From assembly GCA_045563015.1 (NCBI GenBank), contig JBJKUQ010000002.1, forward strand, positions 1 to 55,552: a stretch of 55,552 nucleotides of DNA, read 5' to 3'. This DNA is from Alphaproteobacteria bacterium (GTDB taxonomy: Bacteria; Pseudomonadota; Alphaproteobacteria; Methylaequorales; Methylaequoraceae). Positions 39,301 through 50,311 of the stretch are shown here, one piece after another; the stretch's first letter is position 1, and the number at the start of each line of letters is the position of its first letter. The position numbers and the translations under genes are program-made. Below the pieces are notes generated by a model that searched no databases, was not told the origin of the DNA, and was given only the letters and a program-made list of their open reading frames with translations.

Positions 39301-40618
39301 TATCTCTTCCCAAGGAAAAGTAATTAAAACCTATTCCTTTTACTTCTTTGGGGTTATAAATATTTCTCAAATCAATAATTATTGGATAATTAAGAAGTAT
39401 TTTTATTTTTTTTAGATCTAATGCTCTAAATTGGTTCCATTCTGTAAGTATCACTAAAGCATCTGATTTTTTACATGCATCATATGAATCTTTACACCAC
39501 TTAATTCTCTTTTCAAATTTATAAAATATTTTTTTAGCCTCATTCATTCCTTCGGGATCAAAAAGGTTCAAAAAACATCCACTTTCAAAAAGAGCTGGGA
39601 TGATATCAAGACTAGCACTGTCTCTCATATCATCAGTATTAGGCTTAAAAGTTAAACCTAAAATAGATATTGTTTTTCTTTTTTTTTTAACATGATTTAA
39701 AGCTTTCAAAATTCTTTTATGCATATTTTTTTTTCTCTTTTTATTGCTCTCAACAACATGTTCAATGATACCCAATGGTGATTTAAAATCTTGAGCAGTT
39801 TTTACTAAGGCAAGAGTATCTTTTGGGAAACAAGATCCCCCATAACCAGGACTTGGATGCAAAAACTTTTTACCAATTCTTCCATCTAGACCAATACCAG
39901 TAGAAACATCGCTAATATTTGCTCCAACCTTTTCACAAAGATCTGAAATTTCGTTAATGAAACTAATTTTTGTTGCTAAAAATGAGTTTGCTGCATATTT
40001 TATCAATTCTGCTGTTTCTCTTTTTGTAAATATTATTGGGGTTTCAAGTAAGTACAATGGTCTGTATAACTCTTCCAATATTAATTTGGCTCTTTTGCTA
40101 TCACAACCAATTACAACTCTGTCTGGTCGCATAAAATCATTGATAGCTGAGCCCTCCCTTAAAAATTCAGGGTTAGACGCTATATCAAAGTTTAATTTAG
40201 GATTTATTTTTTTAATTATTTTTTCAACTTTTTTTCCTGTACCAATTGGAACTGTTGATTTATTAATTATTACTGCATATCTATCCAAATTTTGAGCTAT
40301 TTCCTTAGCCACATTAAAAACATATGTTAAGTCCGCATGACCATCTTTTTTTCGAGTCGGCGTTCCAACTGCAATAAAAATTGCTTCTGACTTATTAAGT
40401 GATTTTTTAAGATTAGAATCAAAAAATAATCTTTTTTCTTTTATATTTTTCTTTACTAGTTCATCTAAACCTGGCTCGTAAATTGGAATAATTCCTTTTT
40501 GAAGTTTTTTTATTTTTTCTAAATCTTTGTCAACACATGTAACGTTTACTCCGAATTCAGCAAAACATGTTCCCGAAACTAACCCTACATAACCTGTTCC
40601 AACTATTGTAATATTCAT
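39290..40618 (-). CDS. ugd: UDP-glucose 6-dehydrogenase
   Basis: GTGYVGL, NPEFLREG, GYGGSCFPKD, FKPNTDD.R. Confidence 0.95.
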   Translation of the reverse strand: MNITIVGTGYVGLVSGTCFAEFGVNVTCVDKDLEKIKKLQKGIIPIYEPGLDELVKKNIKEKRLFFDSNLKKSLNKSEAIFIAVGTPTRKKDGHADLTYVFNVAKEIAQNLDRYAVIINKSTVPIGTGKKVEKIIKKINPKLNFDIASNPEFLREGSAINDFMRPDRVVIGCDSKRAKLILEELYRPLYLLETPIIFTKRETAELIKYAANSFLATKISFINEISDLCEKVGANISDVSTGIGLDGRIGKKFLHPSPGYGGSCFPKDTLALVKTAQDFKSPLGIIEHVVESNKKRKKNMHKRILKALNHVKKKRKTISILGLTFKPNTDDMRDSASLDIIPALFESGCFLNLFDPEGMNEAKKIFYKFEKRIKWCKDSYDACKKSDALVILTEWNQFRALDLKKIKILLNYPIIIDLRNIYNPKEVKGIGFNYFSLGRDNAS

Positions 40619-41484
40619 ATATTTTTTAATATTGCTTTTAAATTATTTTTTATTTCTTTGTCTTTTAAACCAAAATTTAAATTTGCTTCAATGAATCCAA
40701 GTTTATTACCACAATCAAACCTTTTTCCCTCAAACTCTAATCCGAAGAGTCCGGGGCTATCAATCAGTAAATTTAAACTGTCTGTAAGTTGAATTTCGTT
40801 ACCAGTACCTTTTTTACCTAATTTGAGGTAATTGAATACTTTAGAATTTAGTATGTACCTCCCTACAACTGATAAATTAGATGGTGCTTTGTCTTTTGTT
40901 GGTTTTTCTACCAATCCTGTAATTGAGTAGATTCCAGATGATTTATTTTTAAATTCAACAACTCCATAATTAGAAATTTTTTGAATAGGAACTTTTTCAA
41001 GGCCAATAACTGAACCCCCATTTTTTTTTTTATGCGCTATCATTAATTGCTTAATAGCCGGAGTTTTAGACAGAATTATATCATCGGGTAATATAACTGC
41101 AAAATCTTCATCTTTAGAAAAAAGTTTATTTGTACAATTAATCGCGTGACCCAATCCCTTAGGTTCATCTTGTATAACTAAAGTAAAATTTCCAAGTTGA
41201 TTTTGAGAACTAATAAGATTTAATTTTTCATTTTTATTTTTTTTTTTTAGGGTCAATTCTAATAGTTCTGATTTTTCAAAGTGCTCAAGAATAATATTTT
41301 TTCTTGATGAAGTCACAAAAATCATTTCTTTTATTCCTGCATTTGCTGCCTCAATAACTGCCCATTCGATTACGGGTCTATCAAGAATGGTAATCATTTC
41401 CTTAGGTACAGATTTAGTTGCGGGTAAAAATCTTGTGCCTAATCCAGCTATTGGAAATATTGCTTTGGTTATTTGACTTTGCAT
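40615..41484 (-). CDS. galU: UTP-glucose-1-phosphate uridylyltransferase
   Basis: AGLGTRFLPATK..PKEM, GLGHA, LVEKP, EIQLTD, RFDCG. Confidence 0.95.
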   Translation of the reverse strand: MQSQITKAIFPIAGLGTRFLPATKSVPKEMITILDRPVIEWAVIEAANAGIKEMIFVTSSRKNIILEHFEKSELLELTLKKKNKNEKLNLISSQNQLGNFTLVIQDEPKGLGHAINCTNKLFSKDEDFAVILPDDIILSKTPAIKQLMIAHKKKNGGSVIGLEKVPIQKISNYGVVEFKNKSSGIYSITGLVEKPTKDKAPSNLSVVGRYILNSKVFNYLKLGKKGTGNEIQLTDSLNLLIDSPGLFGLEFEGKRFDCGNKLGFIEANLNFGLKDKEIKNNLKAILKNI

Positions 41485-41517
41485 AAAAATTTAAGGTTAC
41501 TAATAAAAAAAAAAATC

Positions 41518-41967
41518 TCAACCTAAAAGAATATCTCTTGCCTGATTTAATCTTTTAGTAATCCAATCGGAACCCCCGACATCAGGATGATTTTTTTTTA
41601 TTAGAATTTGATAACTATTAATTATTTCATCCCTTGAAGCTCCTTCTTTCAACCCTAGTATGTCATAGGCTTCTTTTTTACTCATCGAACTTTTGTTTGT
41701 TTTTTTATAATTCTCTTTTTTTAGAAGAATTGAGGAAATAAAAGAAATTAAATTTCGCCATTTAAAAAGAATAATAAATATTGCTGGAATTGAGGAAATA
41801 ACTGCGGGAAAAAATCTCATTAAATAAACAACTAAAGTAAGTATTAATATTAAAGAAAGAAATCTAAGATATTTTTTAAATTTTTTTTCAGGTAAGTGTA
41901 TGAATTCTATAAAAAAATGAATTAAAATAGAGATTAAAAGAATTGCAATAATAATATAGTATAGCAT
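41518..41967 (-). CDS. Membrane-anchored J-domain protein (Pam18/TimB-like)
   Basis: Hydrophobic N-terminal helices; C-terminal MSKKEAYDILG...NHPDVGGS...LNQARDIL. Confidence 0.8.
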   Translation of the reverse strand: MLYYIIIAILLISILIHFFIEFIHLPEKKFKKYLRFLSLILILTLVVYLMRFFPAVISSIPAIFIILFKWRNLISFISSILLKKENYKKTNKSSMSKKEAYDILGLKEGASRDEIINSYQILIKKNHPDVGGSDWITKRLNQARDILLG

Positions 41968-41979
41968 TTTTATTTCCTT

Positions 41980-43101
41980 ATGAAAAAATATAAACTTTTA
42001 TATTTCGTTAGTGAAGATGATTATTTCTTAACACATAAATTTCATCAAGCCAAAGATGCACTAAATGATATGAAAGTATTAATTGTAAGTAACTTTAATA
42101 AGAACGAAAAAAAAATTAAATCCGCTGGCTTTGATACATATGATATTAAACTAAATCGAAGATCTCTCAATCCACTTTCTAATCTAATTACTCTATTCAA
42201 ACTCATAAAAATTTCAAATAATTTTAAGCCAGATATAATACAATGTATTGCTCTAAAACCTATTATATTGACAATTTTAGCTTCTATATTTTTTAATAAA
42301 AGAGTGAAAATTATTTGTTGTGTTGTTGGTTTAGGTTACTTGTTTATTAATAAAGGTTTGACTTCCCAAATAATTAAAAAAATATATTTTTTATTAATTA
42401 AGCTCTTAAGTAAAAAAAAAGTAAAATATATATTTCAAAATAAAGATGATTTAGAAATTTTTAAAACTAATGGGGTGCTAAAAATATCTAGTTCAAAAAT
42501 TATAAAAGGATCTGGAGTTGACTTAACTAAATTTAGAAACAGAAAAACTATTAAAAAATATGATTTAATTTTTCATTCAAGAGTTTTAAAAGATAAAGGT
42601 ATTTACGAACTTGTAGAAGCAATAGAAATTTTACAAAAACAAAATATTTTTTTTAAAACTTTAATTCTAGGTAGCCCTGACCCTTTCAATAGATCATCAT
42701 TAAAAAAAAAAGATTTACTTTTCTGGATGGAAAAAAAGCTTATAATTTGGAAACCTAAGGTTACGAATGTTCTAAAATTTCTTCATGAGTCAAAAATAGC
42801 AATACTTCCGTCATACAGAGAAGGTCTTCCAAAAAGTTTATTGGAAGCAGCAAGTTGTGAGTTACCTATAATTTCAACTAATGTAACTGGTTGTAAAGAA
42901 ATTTGTATTGAAAACTACAATGGGTATTTGGCTAATCCAAAAGATCCGATATCACTTTCAAAAGCCATAAAAAAATTAGTTTTTAACAAAGATCTTATTG
43001 ATAAATTTGGTAAGAATAGTCGAATTCTTGTAAAGAAAAGATTTAGTAATCAGATCGTTTCAAATCAATTCAAAAAGGTTTATAAGGAATTTCTAAAATA
43101 A
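41980..43101 (+). CDS. Glycosyltransferase family 4
   Basis: [36 protein letters not shown]. Confidence 0.92.
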   Translation: MKKYKLLYFVSEDDYFLTHKFHQAKDALNDMKVLIVSNFNKNEKKIKSAGFDTYDIKLNRRSLNPLSNLITLFKLIKISNNFKPDIIQCIALKPIILTILASIFFNKRVKIICCVVGLGYLFINKGLTSQIIKKIYFLLIKLLSKKKVKYIFQNKDDLEIFKTNGVLKISSSKIIKGSGVDLTKFRNRKTIKKYDLIFHSRVLKDKGIYELVEAIEILQKQNIFFKTLILGSPDPFNRSSLKKKDLLFWMEKKLIIWKPKVTNVLKFLHESKIAILPSYREGLPKSLLEAASCELPIISTNVTGCKEICIENYNGYLANPKDPISLSKAIKKLVFNKDLIDKFGKNSRILVKKRFSNQIVSNQFKKVYKEFLK

Positions 43102-44775
43102 GCCTTTTATATTTCCACTAGAATCAATTCCCACCTGATAAGCCGCAGGTTTTTTTGGTAAACCAGGCATAGTCATTATATCTCCTGCTATGGCCACAAT
43201 AAATTCTGCTCCTGCTGATAATCTAATTTCTCTAACCTGAATACTATGTCCTTCGGGAGCACATTTATTTGTTGGATCAGTACTAAAACTATATTGGGTT
43301 TTTGCCATGCAAACAGGAAAATGATCATAGCCAAGGTCTGAAATTTCTTTTAGCTTTTTTTTTGCTTGAGGAGAAAATGATACATCAGTTGCTCTATAAA
43401 TTTCTTTTACCACTTTATTGATTTTTAATTCTGGTTTATCAGAATCTTCGTATAAAAATTTAAGTGAGTTTTTATTATTATCAATTATTTGTACCACAGA
43501 TTCAGCCAATTTTTGTGCTCCTTTTCCTCCATGAGCCCAATGCTCAGCTAATATAGCGTTTACACCTGAATCTTTACACACCTCTTGAACCTTAGAAATT
43601 TCTTTTTCAGTATCGGTAGGAAACCTATTAATTGCAACTACTGTTGGAAGACCAAATTTTTTTAAATTTTCAATGTGTCTTAATAAATTTGGTAAACCTT
43701 TTTCGACTGCCATTAAATTCTCAGCACCAAGATTCTTGGCATCAGCATTACCGTGAAGTTTTAAAGCTCTCACTGTTGCCACAACCACAGCACATGATGG
43801 TTTTAATCCAGTTTTTCTGCATTTAATATTAAGAAATTTTTCTGCCCCTAAATCCGCACCAAAACCTGCCTCAGTCACAACATAATCGGATAGTTTAAGA
43901 GCAGTTTTTGTGGCAATAACAGTATTACAACCATGAGCTATGTTTGCGAATGGTCCACCATGGATAAATGCTGGATTATTTTCCAATGTTTGAACTAAGT
44001 TAGGTTGCAAAGCGTCTTTTAACAAAACAGACATTGCTCCATCAGCTTTGATGTCTTTACAAAATACTGGTTCTAAATCTCTTGTATATCCAATGATAAT
44101 TTTTCCTAATCGCTCTGTTAAATCATCAAAGTTTTTTGACAAACACAATATTGCCATTATTTCTGATGCAACAGTTATATCAAAACCATCATCCCTTGGA
44201 AAACCATTAGCAACTCCACCCAAAGAATTAACAATTGATCTTAGTGCTCTATCATTCATATCAACAACTCTTCTCCAAGTTATTCTTCTTGGATCAATTT
44301 TAGGAGATAAATTCCAGTAAACATGATTATCAACCATGGCTGACAAAAGCATATGGGCCGATGTTATTGCATGAAAATCCCCTGTAAAGTGAAGGTTTAT
44401 ATCTTCCATTGGAACCACCTGTGCATAACCGCCTCCTGCAGCTCCACCCTTCATTCCAAAACAAGGCCCAAGACTTGGTTCTCTCAAAGCAACCATTGAC
44501 CTTTTCCCAATGTAATTAAGTCCGTCATTTAATCCCACGGATGTCGTTGTTTTACCTTCACCTGCAGTTGTTGGAGTCATCGCAGTGACTAAAATTAATT
44601 TACCATTATCTTTTTTTTCAATCTTTTCTAAATACTCTGCATTAATTTTAGCTTTATAATGACCATATGGAATTAGATTTGAACTATCCATAGATAATTT
44701 GTCTTTTGCAAGATCAAGTATTGCTATTTTTTTTGCTTCTCTTGCAATTTCTAAATCAGATTTAAAATCAACCAT
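43093..44775 (-). CDS. fhs: Formate-tetrahydrofolate ligase
   Basis: [55 protein letters not shown]. Confidence 0.97.
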   Translation of the reverse strand: MVDFKSDLEIAREAKKIAILDLAKDKLSMDSSNLIPYGHYKAKINAEYLEKIEKKDNGKLILVTAMTPTTAGEGKTTTSVGLNDGLNYIGKRSMVALREPSLGPCFGMKGGAAGGGYAQVVPMEDINLHFTGDFHAITSAHMLLSAMVDNHVYWNLSPKIDPRRITWRRVVDMNDRALRSIVNSLGGVANGFPRDDGFDITVASEIMAILCLSKNFDDLTERLGKIIIGYTRDLEPVFCKDIKADGAMSVLLKDALQPNLVQTLENNPAFIHGGPFANIAHGCNTVIATKTALKLSDYVVTEAGFGADLGAEKFLNIKCRKTGLKPSCAVVVATVRALKLHGNADAKNLGAENLMAVEKGLPNLLRHIENLKKFGLPTVVAINRFPTDTEKEISKVQEVCKDSGVNAILAEHWAHGGKGAQKLAESVVQIIDNNKNSLKFLYEDSDKPELKINKVVKEIYRATDVSFSPQAKKKLKEISDLGYDHFPVCMAKTQYSFSTDPTNKCAPEGHSIQVREIRLSAGAEFIVAIAGDIMTMPGLPKKPAAYQVGIDSSGNIKGLF

Positions 44776-44780
44776 AAAGA

Positions 44781-45185
44781 TTATCTTAAATCATTTAATT
44801 GTATTGATCTACATTTTTTTACATTCAATAAATTGTTAAAATATTTTTTTCTCAACAATTCTTGTAAAAATTTATTTTGTATTTTATGAGCTTTCTTTTC
44901 TCTAAATTCTAGAGATAAATCCGAATTCAAGATGTATTTAAGGCTATGAATTAACTAATGCAAAAGCATCGAGTTTCCAGATAAATTATTAAAATCTAAT
45001 TTAGAAATTAGTACTACATTCATACTATCAAAAATAGCAAGTGTTGGACATTTCCCCCTGCATTCTTTTTTTTGTAACTCATTTATTGATAGTTTAGTTA
45101 TAGGTAAATTATAAATACTTGCATCATAAACTGTATTTAACGTAATTAAGTCCAGAATAAATTCAACAACATCATTTAATAACAT
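44781..45185 (-). pseudogene. Small HExxH (zincin-like) protein gene with one in-frame TAG
   Basis: Reading through the TAG at 44957-44955 gives ...GNSMLLH*LIHSLKY...FREKKAHKIQNKF...[16 protein letters not shown], ending at a TAA 5 nt before the fhs ATG. Confidence 0.7.
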
Positions 45186-45253
45186 TTTTTATAATAATTT
45201 AAATTCCTCTACTATTAATTTTAACAATAAGTTAATATCCATTATTAATTCTT

Positions 45254-45916
45254 ATGACAAAAAATGATACCAAATCTTTTAGTAAATCTGCTGAAATTTT
45301 ACTTTATAAAAAATGTGTGGAGTTTAACTTAAAAAAAAAATTTAAACTTACCTCAGGTAAAACAAGTCCTGTTTACTGTGATTGTAGAAAACTTATTTCT
45401 TTCCCAAAAGAAAGAAATATATTAATAAAGCTTGCATTAAATAAAATAAAATCTTTGAAGAACTTTGATAAAATTAATAATATTGCTGGAGGTGAATCTG
45501 CAGGTATACCCTATGCATCACTTATATCACAAAAATTAAATCTCCCACTAAGTTATGTGAGAAAAGAAAAGAAAAAGTTTGGAAAAACATCTCAAATTGA
45601 AGGCATAATAAATACTAAAGATAATGTCTTACTTGTTGAGGATTTAATGACTGATGGTGGGAGTAAGATTAAGTTTATTGATGCAATTAATAATATAGAT
45701 GCAAAAGTTATAGCAATTTTTGTAATATTTAACTACGGCATTAATCAAGAATTCCTAGAATCCAAAGGAAAAAAAATTAAAATAATTTCACTTGCAACTT
45801 GGAAGGATATTTTAGATTTGATGATTAAAAAAAAATTAAGAGCTAAAAAAGAAATAAACGAACTTATAAAATTTTTAAAATCAATAAATGTTAAAAATTT
45901 GAGATCTTTCCTTTAA
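45254..45916 (+). CDS. pyrE: Orotate phosphoribosyltransferase
   Basis: FKLTSG..SPVY.DCRKL, AGGESAGIP, YVRK..K.FG, VLLVEDL.TDGGS. Confidence 0.93.
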   Translation: MTKNDTKSFSKSAEILLYKKCVEFNLKKKFKLTSGKTSPVYCDCRKLISFPKERNILIKLALNKIKSLKNFDKINNIAGGESAGIPYASLISQKLNLPLSYVRKEKKKFGKTSQIEGIINTKDNVLLVEDLMTDGGSKIKFIDAINNIDAKVIAIFVIFNYGINQEFLESKGKKIKIISLATWKDILDLMIKKKLRAKKEINELIKFLKSINVKNLRSFL

Positions 45917-46664
45917 ATGGTGTTGACTTTACTGCTTTTTTTGTTTTTTCAATAACACCAGATAGAAAACTTATTCTTCCACTTTCTGTAGCAAGTTTCA
46001 TAGCTTTTGCCATATTAATAGGGTCATGTGATCGAGCTACTGAGGAATTTAATAAAACACCATCAAAACCAATTTCCATAATTTTACATGCATCACTAGG
46101 ACTCCCAATTCCAGCGTCAACAAATATAAGTCCTTTACACAAATTTCTTATAATTTCTAAATTATGAAGATTTCTAATTCCTAGTCCGGATCCAATTGGT
46201 GAAACTAGAGGCATTACAACCTCACAACCCAAATCCTCAAGCCGCTTGCAAAGAATTGGATCATCTGAGCAATAAGCAAAAATTTTAAATTTTTTTTTTT
46301 TTAATTCCTCACATGTAGCAAATAACTCAATAGGATCAGGAAGAAGCATCTCATCTTCACTAATAATTTCAATTTTTATCCAATCAGTTTTAAGTGCTTC
46401 TCTAGCTAACTCCGCTGTTAATATTGCTTCTTTTCTTGTATAGCAACCTGCAGTATTTGGAAGTAATGTATAATCTTTGTTTATTTGATCAAAAAAAAAG
46501 TTTTCTTTACTAATATTCAATCTTCTCATAGAGATTGTAATAATTTCAGCACCTGACACTTGCAGTGATTCATTCAAAACTTTTAAGTTAGGGTAAAGAG
46601 CTGTTCCCATTATCAGTCTAGAACTAAATTTTTTTCCATCTATCAAGATTGAAGTATTTTTCAT
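45891..46664 (-). CDS. thiG: Thiazole synthase
   Basis: SRLIMGT, LPNTAGC, WIKIE, MPL.SPIGSGLG, VDAGIG.PSDA. Confidence 0.96.
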   Translation of the reverse strand: MKNTSILIDGKKFSSRLIMGTALYPNLKVLNESLQVSGAEIITISMRRLNISKENFFFDQINKDYTLLPNTAGCYTRKEAILTAELAREALKTDWIKIEIISEDEMLLPDPIELFATCEELKKKKFKIFAYCSDDPILCKRLEDLGCEVVMPLVSPIGSGLGIRNLHNLEIIRNLCKGLIFVDAGIGSPSDACKIMEIGFDGVLLNSSVARSHDPINMAKAMKLATESGRISFLSGVIEKTKKAVKSTPFKGKISNF

Positions 46665-46667
46665 AAT

Positions 46668-46889
46668 TTAACCACCAAAAAAAGGATTCACAATTTCAAT
46701 CTTATCACCTTTTGCTATGATTTTTCTATCCCAATCTGATCTTAATATTAATTCATCATTTACAGCAACTGCTATTGACTTTTTCATTTTCATTTTTCCT
46801 AGAAATTCAATAATTATTTTATCTAAATAATTTTCCGAGCCAGAAATCTTGAATGATTTCCCATTTATTAAACAATAATTTTTTATCAT
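46668..46889 (-). CDS. thiS: Sulfur carrier ThiS
   Basis: ING, AVAVN, GDKIEIV...GG C-terminus. Confidence 0.93.
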   Translation of the reverse strand: MIKNYCLINGKSFKISGSENYLDKIIIEFLGKMKMKKSIAVAVNDELILRSDWDRKIIAKGDKIEIVNPFFGG

Positions 46890-46912
46890 TATTAATAAAA
46901 TAAACTAAAAAA

Positions 46913-48001
46913 CTATAAATTAAATCTATTAGGAGAAAAAAAAAGAAATTTTTCATTAATTTTTTTTTCTAAAACTAGTTTACAAACAATTTGTGCTGTA
47001 ATTGGTGCTAAAAGTATGCCGTTTCTATAATGACCAAAGGCACAAATAATATTTTTGTTTTTTTTTAAACTTCCAATTATAGGATTACCGTCAATGATTG
47101 TTGAACGCAAACCAGAAAAAAAATTTAATAAACTAAGCATTTCAACCTCTGGTAAATATTCCCACAATTTTTTGCTCAAATAAAAGATTTCATCGACATT
47201 TACAGTTGTTTCAAAACTTTTTTCATCCTCTGTAGCTCCAATAGCTAATTTATTTCCGTCTCTGGGGGCTAAATAAATATTTTTGAACCAGATGTTATTG
47301 GAGAAATATTTTTTTTTTGCATTCAATAAAACTGAAACTCCTTTTATAGGTCTCATTGGAAATTCAATATTAAAAGACTTTTTAAGCAATTCATTACTCC
47401 ACACTCCACAAGCAATAATAATTTTTTCGGCCTTAATTGTTTTTTTTAGAAAAGAAACATTATTATTGAAAAAAGAAACTCTTTTAAATTCGCTACATCT
47501 CAATATTTCTCCACCTTTTTTTTTTATTTCACTTAATAAAAAATTTTTTAACAATTTTGGTTCTACTTGATTATTATTTTTTAAAAATAGCGAGCACCTT
47601 ACATTAGAATTAAGGTTCGGTTCAATTTCTAAAGTTTTTGATGAATTGCATAACAAAGTTTCAAAGCCTATTTTTTTAATAAATTCTTTTTTCTTATAAA
47701 TTGAAGCTTCTTCATCCTCATTCATCGCAACTAGTAAAGATGAATTTTCTTTTAATCCTGTTTTTCTCTTTAATATATCATTCTCTAAGTAAGAATCCCA
47801 AATTTTTTTAGAATTCAACATTAAGTTAAATAATTCATTTTCGTAAGGCTTCGCCTCTAAAAGTGGGGCTAACATTCCAACAGATGCTTCAGTTGCACTT
47901 CCTGACATTTTTACATCTATTATTTTCACCTTTAAACCCTCGTTTAAAAGGTTATTTGCTATGAACAAACCAATAATACCAGATCCAAAAATTACAATCA
48001 T
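46913..48001 (-). CDS. thiO: Glycine oxidase ThiO
   Basis: GSGIIG, A..ASVGMLAP, IGAT, GHYRNGILLAP; upstream of thiS-thiG. Confidence 0.9.
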   Translation of the reverse strand: MIVIFGSGIIGLFIANNLLNEGLKVKIIDVKMSGSATEASVGMLAPLLEAKPYENELFNLMLNSKKIWDSYLENDILKRKTGLKENSSLLVAMNEDEEASIYKKKEFIKKIGFETLLCNSSKTLEIEPNLNSNVRCSLFLKNNNQVEPKLLKNFLLSEIKKKGGEILRCSEFKRVSFFNNNVSFLKKTIKAEKIIIACGVWSNELLKKSFNIEFPMRPIKGVSVLLNAKKKYFSNNIWFKNIYLAPRDGNKLAIGATEDEKSFETTVNVDEIFYLSKKLWEYLPEVEMLSLLNFFSGLRSTIIDGNPIIGSLKKNKNIICAFGHYRNGILLAPITAQIVCKLVLEKKINEKFLFFSPNRFNL

Positions 48002-48078
48002 TTAAAATATAATTTATTTTTTTATTTAAAAATTAATAGTAATTTACTATATCAGTTTGAATAAACTAATATAATTAA

Positions 48079-48462
48079 ATGATAAACAAAAAAGAGTTAA
48101 AAAAAAAACTTAGTGAATTAGAATTTAATGTTACTCAAAATTCTGATACTGAAAAAGCATTTAGTGGCAAGTTTTATGATTTTTTTGAAAATGGAATCTA
48201 TCATTGTATATGTTGTGGGTTTAAACTTTTCGAATCCAAAGATAAATTCAAATCGTTAAGCGGTTGGCCAAGTTTTTCTAAAGCTTTAGTTAATTCAATT
48301 GAGTATATTGAAGATAATTCTTATGGAATGAAAAGAATTGAAGTAAAATGTAATAACTGTGATGCTCATTTAGGCCACCTTTTTGATGATGGTCCAAAAC
48401 CATCAAAAAAAAGATATTGTATTAATTCAGTTTCAATGAGTTTTAAAAAAAATGGATTATAA
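48079..48462 (+). CDS. msrB: Peptide-methionine (R)-S-oxide reductase
   Basis: TE.AFSG, CxxC, SGWPSF, R.EV.C..C.AHLGH.F.DGP, RYCINS. Confidence 0.96.
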   Translation: MINKKELKKKLSELEFNVTQNSDTEKAFSGKFYDFFENGIYHCICCGFKLFESKDKFKSLSGWPSFSKALVNSIEYIEDNSYGMKRIEVKCNNCDAHLGHLFDDGPKPSKKRYCINSVSMSFKKNGL

Positions 48463-49663
48463 TAAGTTTTTTAAAAATGAACTAGATCGGTTAAAAAATG
48501 ACGGAAATTACAGAATCTTTGCTGATCTCGAAAAAATAGCCGGGAATTTTCCTCAAGCCTTAAACTACAGTAAAGATACTGTATCAGAAGTGACTGTTTG
48601 GTGTAGTAATGACTATCTAGGAATGAGTCAAAAAGAAAATGTTATTAAAAGTATGATTGAAGCTATAAAGAAAGTTGGAGCTGGGTCCGGAGGAACTAGA
48701 AACATATCAGGCACCAATCACTATCATGTACTTTTAGAAAGAGAATTGTGCTATCTTCACCAAAAAGAATCAGCTCTTCTATTTAACTCCGGATATCTTG
48801 CAAATCAAGCAACTTTATCAACTTTGGGAAAAAAAATGAAAAATTGTATTTTTTTTTCTGACGAAAAAAATCATGCTTCAATGATTCAAGGTATTAAAAA
48901 CTCTGGAGCTAGAAAAATTATATTCAAACATAACAGTGTTAAAGATCTTGAAGAAAAATTAAAAAAATACCCTAAAACTCAAACAAAAGTAATAGTTTTC
49001 GAATCTGTTTACTCAATGGATGGGGATTTTGCACCTGTAAAGGAAATTTGTGATTTAGCAGATAAATATAATGCTCTTACATTTTTAGATGAAGTTCATG
49101 CTGTAGGTATTTATGGTGAACGGGGTGCCGGGGTTGCAGAAGAAAAAAAAGTTATGGATAGAATTGACATTATACAAGGAACTCTTGCAAAAGCATTTGG
49201 AGTTATCGGTGGCTATGTTACAGGCAATAGATTTTTGATTGATTTCATAAGAAGTTTTGCTTCTGGTTTTATTTTTACCACATCTCTACCTCCTTGTATT
49301 GCTGCAGGCGCATATACTTCTATTAGACACTTAAAATTTTCTGATGAAGAGAGAAAGGCAATGTTTGATGTTGTTAAGAGTACAAAACTTTTACTCAAAA
49401 AAAAAAATATACCGTTTTTAGATAACAATAGTCACATCATACCAGTAATAATTGGTGACCCAAAACTATGCAAAAAAGCAAGTCAAATACTCTTAGATGA
49501 TTTTAAAATTTATGTTCAACCTATTAATTATCCAACTGTTCCAAAAGGAACAGAAAGATTGCGAATAACTTGTTCACCAAATCATGACCAAAAGATGATT
49601 AAAGATTTAGCAAACGCTCTTAAAGTGATTTTCGAAGATCTCAAGATAAAACTAGCCGCATAA
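48452..49663 (+). CDS. hemA: 5-aminolevulinate synthase
   Basis: [52 protein letters not shown]. Confidence 0.96.
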   Translation: MDYNKFFKNELDRLKNDGNYRIFADLEKIAGNFPQALNYSKDTVSEVTVWCSNDYLGMSQKENVIKSMIEAIKKVGAGSGGTRNISGTNHYHVLLERELCYLHQKESALLFNSGYLANQATLSTLGKKMKNCIFFSDEKNHASMIQGIKNSGARKIIFKHNSVKDLEEKLKKYPKTQTKVIVFESVYSMDGDFAPVKEICDLADKYNALTFLDEVHAVGIYGERGAGVAEEKKVMDRIDIIQGTLAKAFGVIGGYVTGNRFLIDFIRSFASGFIFTTSLPPCIAAGAYTSIRHLKFSDEERKAMFDVVKSTKLLLKKKNIPFLDNNSHIIPVIIGDPKLCKKASQILLDDFKIYVQPINYPTVPKGTERLRITCSPNHDQKMIKDLANALKVIFEDLKIKLAA

Positions 49664-49668
49664 AATAA

Positions 49669-50238
49669 TTAAGGAGAGAGTAATTTCTTATGCCACTTTT
49701 TATTTTTTAAATAAAAAAACTCTCTTTTATGTAACCTATATTTTCCTCCTTGCCAAAATTCAAAATCATTTGGCTTAACTTTAATACCAACCCAATAAGA
49801 AGGCCTAGGAACAGGCTTGTTCTCATATTTCTTTGTGAGATAATTAAATTTTTTTATTAACGTATCTCTTTTCTTTATTTCATTTGATTGTTTTGATGCC
49901 CACGCTCCGATTTGACTTCCTCGCGACCGTGATGAAAAATATTCATCTGATTCTTCATCTTTAATTAAAACACCTTCCCCCGAAATTCGAACTTGTTTTT
50001 GAAGACTTTCCCAATAAAAGCACATAGACAAGTTTTTATTTTTTTTAAAATGTTGTCCTTTTTTACTATTCAAATTTGTAAAAAACACAAGGCCATCAGG
50101 TAATAGCTTCTTTAAAAGTACCATTCTAACTGATGGAATATTATTTTCGCAAGTTGATAAGGCAAATGCTGTAGCATCAAACTCGTATTTATTTTTTGCT
50201 ATTCTTAACCAACGTTTAAATTTAGTATTAGGATTCAT
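49669..50238 (-). CDS. pdxH: Pyridoxamine 5'-phosphate oxidase
   Basis: RMVLLK, FFTN..S.KG, SQIGAWAS.QS, EFWQG...RLH.R, L.P. Confidence 0.95.
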   Translation of the reverse strand: MNPNTKFKRWLRIAKNKYEFDATAFALSTCENNIPSVRMVLLKKLLPDGLVFFTNLNSKKGQHFKKNKNLSMCFYWESLQKQVRISGEGVLIKDEESDEYFSSRSRGSQIGAWASKQSNEIKKRDTLIKKFNYLTKKYENKPVPRPSYWVGIKVKPNDFEFWQGGKYRLHKREFFYLKNKKWHKKLLSP

Positions 50239-50311
50239 TATTTCTTTTTAGGTTGAAATATAATATAAAAATAGTTTAACAAGTAAATCAATTCAATGGG
50301 TATTAATAATT

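Noticed and set aside
44955-44957. Pyrrolysine or alternative genetic code at the in-frame TAG
   Set aside because: No pyl genes or suppressor tRNA in the window, and TAG serves as a normal stop elsewhere.
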